From Macrostomum lignano (Eukaryota), in assembly GCA_002269645.1 (NCBI GenBank), contig NIVC01000296.1, positions 186,001-250,000 of the forward strand: a stretch of 64,000 nt of DNA, given 5' to 3'. Made by a program: the position numbers and the translations under genes. Below the pieces are notes generated by a model. The model worked only from the letters and a program-made list of their open reading frames with translations. It did no database searches and was not told where the DNA came from. This document shows, in pieces, positions 1 through 11,040 of the stretch. The stretch's first letter is position 1, and each line of letters starts with the position of its first letter.

Positions 1-714
1 TGGGGGGGGGGCAATCTGGGGCAATCTGGGGGCAATCTGGGGCAATCTGGGGGGGGCAATCTGGGGGCAATCTGGGGGGCAATCTGGGGGGCAATCTGGG
101 GGCAATCTGGGGGCAATCTGGGGGCAATCTGCATGGGGGGCAATCTGGGGGGCAATCTGGGGGGCAATCTGGGGGGGGGCAATCTGGGGGCAATCTGGGG
201 GCAATCTGGGGGGCAATCTGGGGGCAATCTGGAGGCAATCTGGGGGCAATCTGGGGGGCAATCTGGGGGGGGCAATCTGGGGGGGGCAATCTGGGGGCAA
301 TCTGGGGGCAATCTGGGGGGGCAATCTGGGGGCAATCTGGGGGGGCAATCTGGGGGGGGGCAATCTGGGGGCAATCTGTGGGCAATCTGGCGGCAATCTG
401 GGGTGGCAATCTGGGGGGGGGCAATCTGGGGGGGGCAATCTGGGGGGCAATCTGGGGGCAATCTGGGGGCAATCTGGGGGCAATCTGGGGGCAATCTGGG
501 GGGCAATCTGGGGGTTCAATCTGGGGGCAATCTGGGGCAATCTGGGGGGCAATCTGGGGGGCAATCTGGGGGGGCAATCTGGGGGGGCAATCTGGGGGGG
601 CAATCTGGGGGCAATCTGGGGGCAATCTGGGGGGGCAATCTGGGGGCAATCTGGGGGCAATCTGGGGGCAATCTGGGGGCAATCTGGGGGCAATCTGGGG
701 GGCACTCTGGGGAC
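1..714. repeat. G-rich minisatellite (G4-8 CAATCT)n, ~11-13 bp unit, truncated by window start
   Basis: Continuous GGGGGCAATCT units with variable G-run length. Confidence 0.97.
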
Positions 715-1447
715 AATGTTAGAATTTCAGAACTTCCTGTGGCCCGCAATAACTATAGCTTATATTTCTGTTCAACATACTCTGCAAAATAATTTAACAC
801 AGAAAATCTGTTCTTCTACTCAGCAGTTCGAATCGAACTTGTTGTGGTTGAAAATTGCGGTTTGCACAATTATTAAAAGAAAGAACAACACGAAACGAAT
901 TGAGTGCATTCGAACTAACTAGATATGAAAAATGGAGCAGCATTATCAAGAAGTCTAGTAACACCGAAGTTGTAGTGCAAAGTGGGTGATGCTCAATACA
1001 ATAAAATTGGCCAAGCCAAGTTGTTCAAGCCATTAGGACCATGCTATGAAGTCGGTAATATTTTGGCCCAGTACTCCTGTACCTCACCGGAAATGAATCA
1101 TGAATTACACCGCTGTCTAACAGTCAAGGATAAGCAACAGAAAATAAATGTTTGATTGAGTGCAACATTTCGGCACAAAGTGCCACTGCAAACAGGTGAG
1201 TATAGTAGGAAGGTTGAGAAATTTGTCAGTTTAATGAGTACAACGAACACACATGGAAAAAGCAAGATCGTTAACATATTCGATACATAAATCGTCACAG
1301 TAAAAGGAAACAGTTATAAATTTGTGGCAAAATGTTGCGGAATTGAAAGAGGTGCAAAAAAAAGAGTATTGCTTTCATTCTATCAGCGTAGTTAAAAAAT
1401 GACCTTAAAGCAAGTGGCTCAAACCGCGAAGAGAGTAGGTGGAGGAG

Positions 1448-1622
1448 TGCGGCGTGGGGTGGGTGCAATGTGCAGGGATAGAAAAGCATGACTGTCCATC
1501 CACCAACTCTCCCAGCCAATCGGGGCCAACCAGCAATTAAACGGCGTGGGGTAGGTGCAGTGTGCAGGGATAGAAAAGCAAGGCTGTCTACCAACTCTTC
1601 CAGCCAATCAGAGCCGACCAGT
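1448..1622. repeat. Two-copy ~93-bp direct duplication containing CCAAT motifs
   Basis: CGGCGTGGGGT.GGTGCA.TGTGCAGGGATAGAAAAGCA...CCAGCCAATC occurs at ~1449 and ~1542. Confidence 0.8.
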
Positions 1623-2222
1623 ACGCTCGTAATTAAAATGGCGTGAGGTCGGTGCTGGGGCGAGGCAAAAAGCAATGACCTATTGCCGAGCGCTGCATCT
1701 GAGGCTATTTAAGGCAAACAAGGACCAAAAAGGCACAACACAATCCTATCAGCAAAATCCAAAGGGAATGAAAATAACTAGACTAGCCAAAATAGATACT
1801 TTAAATAGAACTAATTTCCGAATGAGTGAATCCAGTTCCTTCATTCGCAGCCAATATAGTTGTAAAACTTAGGAAAAGATTTCCATTGTCTCCGCAATTT
1901 CTTCAACTGTGGCATTGTCAGAAGCCGCCGTCTCGCCCGCCTTGTCCGCTGGCACCTGCCGCCGGTCCTGGCTTCCAGCCGCAGCTTGCCGGCCCTGGCG
2001 TGCCGCACCGCCAGGGCGAAACTCACCGAGTCGTCCAGCCGGGCCAACCGCAAAGATTCTTCCACCTCGACCGCGGGCCGCCCGGCCGACTGCAGCCGCC
2101 AGCGCTCGCTCTTCTCCGTCCGGTGGCGCAGCAGTGCCTCGCGAATTTTCGATCGCGACGCCAGGCTGATGTTCAGCGTCGAGCGCAGCGTCGCTACGAG
2201 GCTGCCGCCGCCGCCGCCGCCG

Positions 2223-3137
2223 TTAGGTCGCAGCAGCCGGAGCAGCTCCTTTCGAGTCTGGCGACGCCTTCGCCGGCGCGCCGCCGAGCCCGGTACCGCC
2301 AGCCGCCAGAGCCGGACAGACGCGCTCGGCCAGCAGGCTGGCCACCCTCGCCGACTCGAAGGCGAGCGTCAGCAGGTCGCGCCGGCAGTGAAGCTTCCGG
2401 CTACGCCGCAGACGACGCCGGGACATGCAGCCGCGGCGGCCCGTTCCAGCGTCGTCCAGAAAGGCCAGCGCGAGGTCCTTGTTGAAGTAGCGGTTCGCCA
2501 GCCTGACGGCCCGGTCTCCGGCTCGGGCGCGGAGTTTGGCGCGCAGCTGGCGCAGCTGGCGCCGAACCCGTCTGGTGAGCGCCGCTTTCTCCAGCGCGTG
2601 CGCCTCCGCGGCCGCCTTGGCAGCCGAGCAGCGCGCGTCAACGTTGGCGCCGCCAGCGGCCTCGCTCTCTCTGAGACGCCGTCGAGTGGCCGAGTTCAGC
2701 GACTCGGTCTCCAAGCGCACCAGGCGGCCGGCGCCGATTTCCACCTGTTCAGTCGGCCTCGTCTCGTTCCGGCGCGTCTTGTCCATCACAGTCCAGCGGA
2801 GACCGTCTGCGTCCACTTTGCGTCGCTCTTCCACCAGGAATACGACTGACTTGGAGCGGCCGCGCAGCTCGCGCCCGTTCTGCGGATGGCTGTCGCTGAT
2901 GCCGAGGTACCAGCGGCTCGCCGCCTTATGACTGCGCGTCCCATTGCCGCCTCCTTTGACGGCAGCGTCCGGCAGGATGGCCCGGTAGAAGGTGGCCACG
3001 GTGAAGCGGCTGCTGGCGGGGCGGTGGCTCCGGTCTGGCAGTGGCAGGTCGGGCAGCAGCCGGCCGCGCCACAGGCAGTTCTCGGGCAGGCGGCCGGACT
3101 CGACTTTCTGCAACGGGGATTGGGGAGGTGGCCTTAA
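2223..3137 (-). CDS. FGF-family ligand, exon 3 (C-terminal half of FGF core plus long basic extension)
   Basis: Acceptor tctacag|TTA at 3137 (phase 0). Encodes ENCLWRGRLL...RWYLGIS...RSKSVVFL, matching the FGF second Cys, WY and terminal F-L strands. TAA at 2225-2223; the true end may be further downstream (see findings). Confidence 0.75.
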   Translation of the reverse strand, partial: LRPPPQSPLQKVESGRLPENCLWRGRLLPDLPLPDRSHRPASSRFTVATFYRAILPDAAVKGGGNGTRSHKAASRWYLGISDSHPQNGRELRGRSKSVVFLVEERRKVDADGLRWTVMDKTRRNETRPTEQVEIGAGRLVRLETESLNSATRRRLRESEAAGGANVDARCSAAKAAAEAHALEKAALTRRVRRQLRQLRAKLRARAGDRAVRLANRYFNKDLALAFLDDAGTGRRGCMSRRRLRRSRKLHCRRDLLTLAFESARVASLLAERVCPALAAGGTGLGGAPAKASPDSKGAAPAAAT

Positions 3138-3608
3138 CTGTAGATACATGTATAAGGTGTCTTATCTACGGAGTTTCTCTTGGATACAACTGCTTAGCAA
3201 CGGGGCTTCCCTTAGATACACTTCTTACAAACAGGGACTAGTTTCGATGACGCAGATGTTGCAGCAGATTTTTAATAGGCATCTAAATAGAGGAACTGCG
3301 ACATGATTGGCAAACTGCCAGATAACAGAGTGGTGCCAATTTTCTCATTGTCTGACGCCATCCTCAATTAGCCGCATCAATAAAAATGTTTAGAAATCGA
3401 ATCCATAATCTAAAAGTGTATGGCTGAATCCTCATACCGTTATTGATGCCCAATTTATCAATTATGAATTATGTTAAAAAATTATTGATTGTAAAGAAAT
3501 TTAAATAGAGAACTTTTTTTGATTGATACTTCTATGAAACTTTAAAACTTCCATGACAAAGATACACTCGCACTGGCGTGAATGCAGTACAGCGTATCCC
3601 TCTGCTGA

Positions 3609-3880
3609 AAGAGCCAGAATTGGGGTGGGCGTGGATTGAACCTCCCGCTGAGGGAGCCAGAATTGGGGTGGGCGTGGATTGAACCTCCCGCTGAGAGAGC
3701 CAGAATTGGGGTTGGGCGTGGATTGAACCTCCCGCTAAGAGAGCCGGAATTGGGGTGGGCGTGGTTGAACCCTCCGCAGGGAGAGCCGAAATTGGGGTGG
3801 GCGTGCTTGAACCCCCGCAGTGAGAGACAGAATTGGGGTGGGCGTGGTTGAACCCCCCCCCCCTACAGAGAGAGAGCCAG
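3609..3880. repeat. ~41-bp minisatellite (GAGAGCCAGAATTGGGGTGGGCGTGGATTGAACCTCCCGCT), ~6 copies, intronic
   Basis: Direct tandem units visible. Confidence 0.92.
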
Positions 3881-3923
3881 AATGGAGTGAGGCGGATGGT
3901 AGTTAATGTACAAAGTTAATTAC

Positions 3924-4081
3924 CGTGGTGTAGACATCCGCCAAGTTGTTCATGCAGATGTAGTGTTTCCCAAAATGGCTTTTGATTAAAAACTTAAATT
4001 CGCCTCTGTCCGAGGCCTTGTCGCCCGGCAGTTGTAGAGGCTGACCAGTGTTAAAGTTTAACACCATCTGGACATTTAGCA
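3924..4081 (-). CDS. FGF-family ligand, exon 2
   Basis: Acceptor cattttccag|TG (phase 1), donor ACG|gtaatt (phase 0). Open frame (V)LNVQMVLNF...EFKFLIKSHFGKHYICMNNLADVYTT containing YICMN as in FGF8/17/18. Confidence 0.75.
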
Positions 4082-4744
4082 CTGGAAAATGTGAAATATG
4101 GGTTCAAGATTGCCGACTGTAAAAATCCGAAATTAAACTCATCGTTTTTAAAATGAATCACTCAACTTTTTGTAGGCGGGAAAGCCTCGTAGAACTTCTC
4201 TACTACTTCGCATTTTGTTTAAGTTGGCAGCGTGCCAAAATGAAAGGAAGAATCTCCCCACAAATATATCCTGAGCGGAGAATCCGCATAAGGTAGCAGG
4301 AGCGGAATGCGTGGGCGGTGGAGCCCTTGTGACTCAATACCCAATTGTGCATTCAATGGGAGCAGAGCTGGACTAAGCAGTGTGAGGGGAGACAAAAGCA
4401 GTGCAGGCTAGAAACCAATTGGCTCGCTTCCAAGTTGGGATTAAAACCTGAATGAAGCTGGGATGATGTTCGCTCCTCTGCTACAAGTTGGCAGGCTGCC
4501 AGAACACGGGTAAATTTGTCTGAAAAATTGCCAGACAAAATAGAATACGGGTGGCAACGTAAATCTCTACTGCAGGCATTTTTATAGGCAGTCGGAAATT
4601 AATAATTAATCATTGCCGGCCTCAGCACGCATTTCCCATTCAATTTGATCAACAATATATAGAGTTGCGATTCCAAAAATTGTCGGCCACGTCGACTGCC
4701 GATATGTGGCGCAGAAAGCTTTCTTAAGAAGCTATTCGACTTGG

Positions 4745-6027
4745 TGTGCTGTTTGTGATGCTGTTTGTGGTGCTGTTTGTGATGCTGTTTGTGATGCTGT
4801 TTGTGATACTGTTTGTGATACTGTTTGTGATACTGTTTGTGATGCTGTTTGTGGTGCTGTTTGTGATGCTGTTTGTGGTGCTGTTTGTGATGCTGTTTGT
4901 GGTGCTGTTTGTGGTGCTGTTTGTGATGCTGTTTGTGATGCTGTTTGTGATGCTGCTTGTGATGCTGTTTGTGATGCTGTTTGTGGTGCTGTTTGTGGTG
5001 CTGTTTGTGGTGCTGCTTGTGATGCTGTTTGTGGTGCTGTTTGTGGTGCTGTTTGTGATGCTGCTTGTGATGCTGTTTGTGATGCTGTTTGTGGTGCTGT
5101 TTGTGATGCTGTTTATGATGCTGCTTGTGATGCTGTTTGTGATGCTGTTTGTGGTGCTGTTTGTGGTGCTGCTTGTGATGCTGTTTGTGATGCTGTTTGT
5201 GGTGCTGTTTGTGGTGCTGTTTGTGGTGCTGTTTGTGGTGCTGTTTGTGGTGCTGTTTGTGGTGCTGTTTGTGGTGCTGTTTGTGGTGCTGTTTGTGGTG
5301 CTGTTTGTGGTGCTGTTTGTGGTGCTGTTTGTGATGCTGTTTGTGATGCTGTTTGTGATGCTGTTTGTGGTGCTGTTTGTGGTGCTGTTTGTGGTGCTGT
5401 TTGTGGTGCTGTTTGTGATGCTGTTTGTGATGCTGTTTGTGGTGCTGTTTGTGGTGCTGTTTGTGGTGCTGTTTGTGGTGCTGTTTGTGGTGCTGTTTGT
5501 GGTGCTGTTTGTGGTGCTTTTTGTGGTGCTGTTTGTGATGCTGTTTGTGATGCTGTTTGTGATGCTGTTTGTGATGCTGTTTGTGATGCTGTTTGTGATG
5601 CTGTTTGTGATGCTGTTTGTGATGCTGTTTGTGATGCTGTTTGTGGTGCTGTTTGTGATGCTGTTTGTGATGCTGTTTGTGATGCTGTTTGTGATGCTGT
5701 TTGTGATGCTGTTTGTGATACTGTTTGTGATACTGTTTGTGATGCTGTTTGTGATGCTGTTTGTGATACTGTTTGTGATACTGTTTGTGGTGCTGTTTGT
5801 GATGCTGTTTGTGGTGCTGCTTGTGATGCTGTTTGTGGTGCTGTTTGTGGTGCTGTTTGTGATACTGTTTGTGGTGCTGTTTGTGGTGCTGCTTGTGATG
5901 CTGTTTGTGGTGCTGTTTGTGGTGCTGTTTGTGGTGCTGCTTGTGATGCTGTTTGTGGTGCTGTTTGTGGTGCTGTTTGTGGTGCTGCTTGTGATGTTGT
6001 TTGTGATGCTGTTTGTGATGCTGTTGG
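4745..6027. repeat. 12-bp minisatellite (TGCTGTTTGTGA/G)n, intronic
   Basis: About 105 units; explains the long low-complexity ORFs on both strands. Confidence 0.97.
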
Positions 6028-6473
6028 TGTTGCTAAAAATTGGGGCTGTTGCGGGGTGCCCAGTGGGCAGTGCACAGTGTTGCAGAAGCTGGAGCACTCG
6101 AAGAGTTCAAGGCAAACAATTAATTGGGGTGAGCACTGACAGTCTGACAGACAGACAGACAGAAACTTGACAAGCTATAAAAACTCAAATATCTCGCTGA
6201 CAGTTTCAAAGGGCCTTTCCAATGCACAGACACATAAAAACAAATATTTCTGTAGCTTCAAAAATCTTATTCGAATTTCATTAAATTTCAGACATTTGTT
6301 GAACTTTGAATCTGAAATTTACTGAGAGACTGTGAAAGAACTTTTGCCAAGTGCAGAGAAACTGAAGGAAGCTGAAAATCTGTACAGCAGTTCACTGTTC
6401 GTCATCAAAACAGCGATTGGTGAAGTTGAAATATGCTTATTGGACACTGCCTCAGCTTACGCAACTGAAAAAT

Positions 6474-7111
6474 CTCACACTGCAACTCACACTGCAACTC
6501 GCACTGCAACTTGCACAGCATCTCACACTGCAACTCACACTGCAACTCGCACTGCAACTCACACTGCAACTCGCACTGCAACTCACACTGCAACTCACAC
6601 TGCAACTCGCACTTCGCAACTCGCACTGCAACTCACACTGCAACTCACACTGCAACTCACACTGCAACTCACACTGCAACTCGCACTGCAACTCACACTG
6701 CAACTCACACTGCAACTCGCACTGCAACTCACACTGCAACTCACACTGCAACTCGCACTGCAACTCGCACTTCGCAACTCACACTGCAACTCACACTGCA
6801 ACTCACACTGCAACTCACACTGCAACTCACACTGCAACTCATACTGCAACTCACACTGCAACTCATACTGCAACTCACACTGCAACTCGCACTTCGCAAC
6901 TCACACTGCAACTCACACTGCAACTCACACTGCAACTCACACTGCAACTCACACTGCATCTCACACTGCAACTCACACTGCATCTCACACTGCAACTCAC
7001 ACTGCAACTTGCACTGCAACTCACACTGCAACTTGCACTGCAACTCACACTGCATCTCACACTGCATCTCACACTGCATCTCACACAGCAACTCTTACTG
7101 CAACTCACACT
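6474..7111. repeat. 12-bp minisatellite (ACTGCAACTCAC)n, intronic
   Basis: About 50 units, with a recurrent frame-shifting TCGCACTTCGCAAC variant. Confidence 0.95.
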
Positions 7112-7161
7112 GATGAAGACACAGAAAGTACAGAAGGACCAAAGAAAGTTCACCGCCTCAC

Positions 7162-7465
7162 CTGTCTCAGCCGTCCAGCCCTGAAACCGTTCGCTGCGCA
7201 GCCGACCCACCGAGCTCACGACCAGCGCCTCGCGCCTCTTAAAGTCGGCGCTATCGAAACCGCTGTTGCTCAGCGTCTCCATGGCCGCCTCGCCGATGCT
7301 GAACCCAACTCGATGCGGACTGGCGCTTCGCCGTATCAGTTTGGCGCCGCCGGCGCTAGTAGGCGCTAATTCTAGCGCCTGCATTGCCGGTCTGGCGCCA
7401 GTGGATTTGATAGAAATTAAAATTATTAGAAGCAAAAGACTGCAAGGGTTCGGACCCGCCAGCAT
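7162..7465 (-). CDS. FGF-family ligand, exon 1 (signal peptide plus start of core)
   Basis: ATG 7465. MLAGPNPCSLLLLIILISIKSTGA looks like a signal peptide; ALVVSSVGRLRS resembles FGF LQI.PDGRV.G. Donor ACAG|gtgagg is phase 1 and joins exon 2 in frame. Confidence 0.7.
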
Positions 7466-7729
7466 AGTGTCTGCGGAGATTGCTTTTTAAATTCCAACTT
7501 TGATAGAAAATTTGAGTCCCGAATCTGGGCTGCAAAACTTCAATGTGTCTCCGCTTTTTCGCCGAAAACTGCCCCCGTTTTATTTGCCGTCATGCCGTGG
7601 CGCGCGCCGGCTTCTGATTGGCTGGCCAGGGGTCCAAGCCACTGCTCTCAAAGCGCTTCCACTTTGCAGATTACTTATAGTAGGAATGAGTGGACTGCTG
7701 CTGTCCGATTGCGCCTTCTATCGCAATCA

Positions 7730-8019
7730 TAAATAATAATTGCTTACACCACCTGCCCCAATTGGGCCAGATGTGCAACCGACAGCTCAGCCGCAGCTAT
7801 TGCGCGGCGCATCTGAAGGCTGCGTACGGCTGTTCAGTCCAAGGACGGGGGAGTCGCCACAAACACCCTCAATTACCCCAGCTGGCACCCATTTTACACC
7901 TGGGTGAACTGAAGCAATGCAGAGTTAAGTGTCTTGCTCGAGGACACAAATTGTTCCGGTGGGATCTGGACTCAAACCCCCGAACCTTCAAGTTGTCAGT
8001 CCGATGCTCCAACCACTGA
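7730..8019 (-). mobile_element. tRNA-derived SINE with CORE-like central domain (copy 1 of 3)
   Basis: Minus strand: A-box AGTGGTTGG, B-box GGTTTGAGTCC, GTGTCCTCGAGCAAGACACTTAAC...TGTAAAATGGG, and a 3' tail shared with 41591-41856 and 61688-61960. Confidence 0.85.
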
Positions 8020-8449
8020 TCTAAAACCCTCAACCTGAGATACCCCTCAGTCTGAACTATAGTTGAAGCCAAATCAATCAGAACCGAAGACGTACACGCA
8101 GAAACTGATATTAGCTAAGTGGCGAGCTAGAAAATTAAACCAGTTCTAAAATCTATTCATGAAATCAATTCATGGTTTGTATATTTTGTATTTAATCTAC
8201 CAATATTTAGATAAAATGGCTAATTGCATTTACGCTTGGTCACTTGTCAAACAAATTCAAGACTCAAGTGCCATTGTAAACAGTACTTTAAAAAACAAAA
8301 ATAATCGAAGACTAATTATAAAAATATATAGACTAAGAAAGCTCTGCTTTTGTAATAAGACACTTCTAAAAATGGATTAAAATGGTGCCGCGATTGTGGC
8401 GCAGGTTCGCAGAGTGGTTGTCAGCACGACTACCTACTGCTCTACAGTA

Positions 8450-9890
8450 GGTAATTAGTGGGGCCGAAACCTGTTCTCAGCAATTATCAGAAGTAATTAG
8501 TGGGGCCGAAACCTGTTCTCAGCAATTATCAGAAGTAATTAGTGGGGCCGAACCTGTTCTCAGCAGTTATCAGAAGTAATTAGTGGGGCCGAACCTGTTC
8601 TCAGCAATTATCAGAAGTAATTAGTGGGGCCGAACCTGTTCTCAGCAATTATCAGAGGTAATTTGTGAGGCCGAAACCTGTTCTCAGCAATTATCAGAGG
8701 TAATTAGTGGGGTCGAAACCTGTTCTCAGCAATTATCAGAGGTAATTAGTGGGGTCAAAACCTGTTCTCAGCAGTTATCAGAAGTAATTAGTGGGGCCGA
8801 ACCTGTTCTCAGCAATTATCAGAGGTAATTAGTGGGGCCGAAACCTGTTCTCAGCAATTATCAGAGGTAATTAGTGGGGTCAAAACCTGTTCTCAGCAAT
8901 TATCAGAAGTAATTAGTGGGGCCGAACCTGTTCTCAGCAATTATCAGAGGTAATTAGTGGGGTCAAAACCTGTTCTCAGCAATTATCAGAAGTAATTAGT
9001 GGGGCCGAAACCTGTTCTCAGCAATTATCAGAGGTAATTAGTGGGGCCGAAACCTGTTCTCAGCAATTATCGGAGGTAATTAGTGGGGCCGAAACCTGTT
9101 CTCAGCAATTATCAGAAGTAACTAGTGGGGCCGAAACCTGTTCTCAGCAATTATCAGAAGTAATTAGTGGGGCCGAAACCTGTTCTCAGCAATTATCAGA
9201 GGTAATTAGTGGGGCCGAAACCTGTTCTCAGCAATTATCAGAAGTAATTAGTGGGGCCGAAACCTGTTCTCAGCAATTATCAGAAGTAATTAGTGGGGCC
9301 TGTTCTCAGCAATTATCAGAGGTAATTAGTGGGGCCGAAACCTGTTCTCAGCAATTATCAGAAGTAATTAGTGGGGCCGAAACCTGTTCTCAGCAATTAT
9401 CAGAGGTAATTAGTGGGGTCGAAACCTGTTCTCAGCAATTATCAGAGGTAATTAGTGGGGCCGAAACCTGTTCTCAGCAATTATCAGAAGTAATTAGTGG
9501 GGCCGAAACCTGTTCTCAGCAATTATCAGAGGTAATTAGTGGGGTCGAAACCTGTTCTCAGCAATTATCAGAGGTAATTAGTGGGGCCGAAACCTGTTCT
9601 CAGCAATTATCAGAAGTAATTAGTGGGGCCGAAACCTGTTCTCAGCAATTATCAGAGGTAATTAGTGGGGTCGAAACCTGTTCTCAGCAATTATCAGAGG
9701 TAATTAGTGGGGCTGAAACCTGTTCTCAGCAGTTATCAGAAGTAATTAGTGGGGCCGAAACCTGTTCTCAGCAGTTATCAGAAGTAATTAGTGGGGCCGA
9801 AACCTGTTCTCAGCAGTTATCAGAAGTAATTGGTGGGGCCGAACCTGTTCTCAGCAGTTATCAGAAGTAAATAGTGTGGCCGAAACCCAT
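8450..9890. repeat. 43-44-bp tandem minisatellite (GTAATTAGTGGGGCCGAAACCTGTTCTCAGCAATTATCAGAA)n, ~33 copies
   Basis: Head-to-tail units with no unique spacers. Confidence 0.97.
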
Positions 9891-10016
9891 CAACAATTAT
9901 CAATAGTAATTCGCAGGGCAGACACACCAGGTGCCTCCATATTTGTGCAGCCAATTGCAATACACGGCACACCTTCATAATGGCTAATTCCATATTCCAT
10001 AGGTTGAGCCACTCAG

Positions 10017-10253
10017 CTACTTGACCGCAAAGCCCTCCAGCTGCTCCTGCACCAGCAGCGCATGCAGCGGCATGTCCCAGTTGCGCCCGTAGTTCAACTG
10101 GCTGAAGCCGGCGCCGTCGAGACTGGCCTCCGGCTTGTTCAGCAGGCGGCAGTCACAGAACAGCAGCGACCAGGCGGGCTGGCAGAGCCACTGGACCAGT
10201 CGAGCCCAACGCCGAGTAGAGGCTACGTGCTCCAGAAAGATAAACACGCCGTT
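10017..10253 (-). CDS. METTL7: METTL7/TMT1-like SAM-dependent methyltransferase, exon 2
   Basis: Acceptor cccgcag|AAC; NGVFIFLEHVA...QPAWSLLFCDCRL...LEGFAVK*, matching the METTL7A C-terminus (GGVLFFWEHVA...IMGKAVK). Confidence 0.9.
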   Translation of the reverse strand, partial: NGVFIFLEHVASTRRWARLVQWLCQPAWSLLFCDCRLLNKPEASLDGAGFSQLNYGRNWDMPLHALLVQEQLEGFAVK

Positions 10254-10269
10254 CTGCGGGATTTTCGAT

Positions 10270-10470
10270 ATCGCGCATAGAAACCAGCATGGAAACCGCA
10301 TAGCAACCAGTATGAAACGGCACCGAAACCAAGCAAAAAAACCACATAGCAACCAGTATAGAAGTCGCATAACAACCAGCATAAAAACCGCATAGCTACC
10401 GGCATAGAAACTGCATAACAACCAGCATAGAAACCGCAAAGAAACCGCATAGCAACCAGCATAGAAACCG
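10270..10470. repeat. ~23-bp degenerate minisatellite in the METTL7-like intron
   Basis: CATAGAAACCGCATAGCAACCAG-like units. Confidence 0.8.
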
Positions 10471-10498
10471 CATGGCAACAGGGAGAGAGAGCACGCAC

Positions 10499-11011
10499 TG
10501 GCTTGAGCACGCGGGCAATCTCCCCCAACACTCGGTCGGTGTCCCGCACGGAGCACAGCACAAACGTGCCCACAACAGCGTCGAAAGATTCGTCGGGAAA
10601 AGCGTCGACCAGATCTTCGGCGCCGCGGACTAGGTGCCGCTCCAGCCGAATGCTCGGCCACCTGGCGACCTCGGACAGCAGGTAGGGCCGGGTTGCCAGA
10701 CAGGGGTCCACAACGGACAGGAAGATGCGGCCGCGAAACGCGGCCGTCATGAAGGCGAAGTTCGCCCCGGACCCGCCGCCAACCTCCAGAACGCGGATGA
10801 AGCGGCGCCCGGAGAATCTGTCGCCGAGGCAGGCGAACAGCTTCCGCTTCCGGTCCCAGCAGAGAGCGTTGTAAGCCCGGGAAATTCGGTCCATCAGGTG
10901 GGCGTACACCTCGGCGCGGTGGCGGCTGTACAGCAGGACCACGGCGCCGAGGAGGAACACCGCGGCGGCGATGGTTGATGATACAAGCGAGCAGTCAGAC
11001 AGGTGCAACAT
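10499..11011 (-). CDS. METTL7: METTL7/TMT1-like SAM-dependent methyltransferase, exon 1
   Basis: ATG 11011, hydrophobic N-terminal anchor, motif I VLEVGGGSGANF, DESFDAVVGTFVLCSV, EIARVLKP|gtgcgt. Joined product is 249 aa. Confidence 0.92.
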
Positions 11012-11040
11012 TGTGCTCAGGACCTTGCGGGTTGTTAGAG

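Noticed and set aside
133-792. Gly-rich ORFs in the 5' repeat
   Set aside because: Products of a stop-free minisatellite; frame wanders with G-run length.
790-1200. Short coding-looking segments (…KVGDAQYNKIGQAKLFKPLGPCYEVGNILAQY…)
   Set aside because: Interrupted by stops and shifts, no recognisable family; possibly a decayed TE but unsupported.
4706-6170. 450-480-aa mucin-like or hydrophobic ORFs on both strands
   Set aside because: 12-bp repeat open in most frames; lies within FGF intron 1, whose flanking exons already join in frame.
7170-7320. Resemblance of HRVGFSIGEAA...GRLRSERFQGW to a tyrosine recombinase C-terminus
   Set aside because: No catalytic H-x-x-R or Tyr and no upstream domain; better explained as FGF exon 1 following a signal peptide.
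6332-7369. Plus-strand (HTAT)n ORF
   Set aside because: Repeat reading frame shifts three times inside the ORF and the 3' part is antisense to FGF exon 1.
7940-8019. tRNA gene
   Set aside because: A/B boxes present but no complete cloverleaf; continuous with a SINE body seen in three copies.
8450-9890. CRISPR-like regular array
   Set aside because: Units are head-to-tail with no unique spacers; eukaryotic context, no cas genes.
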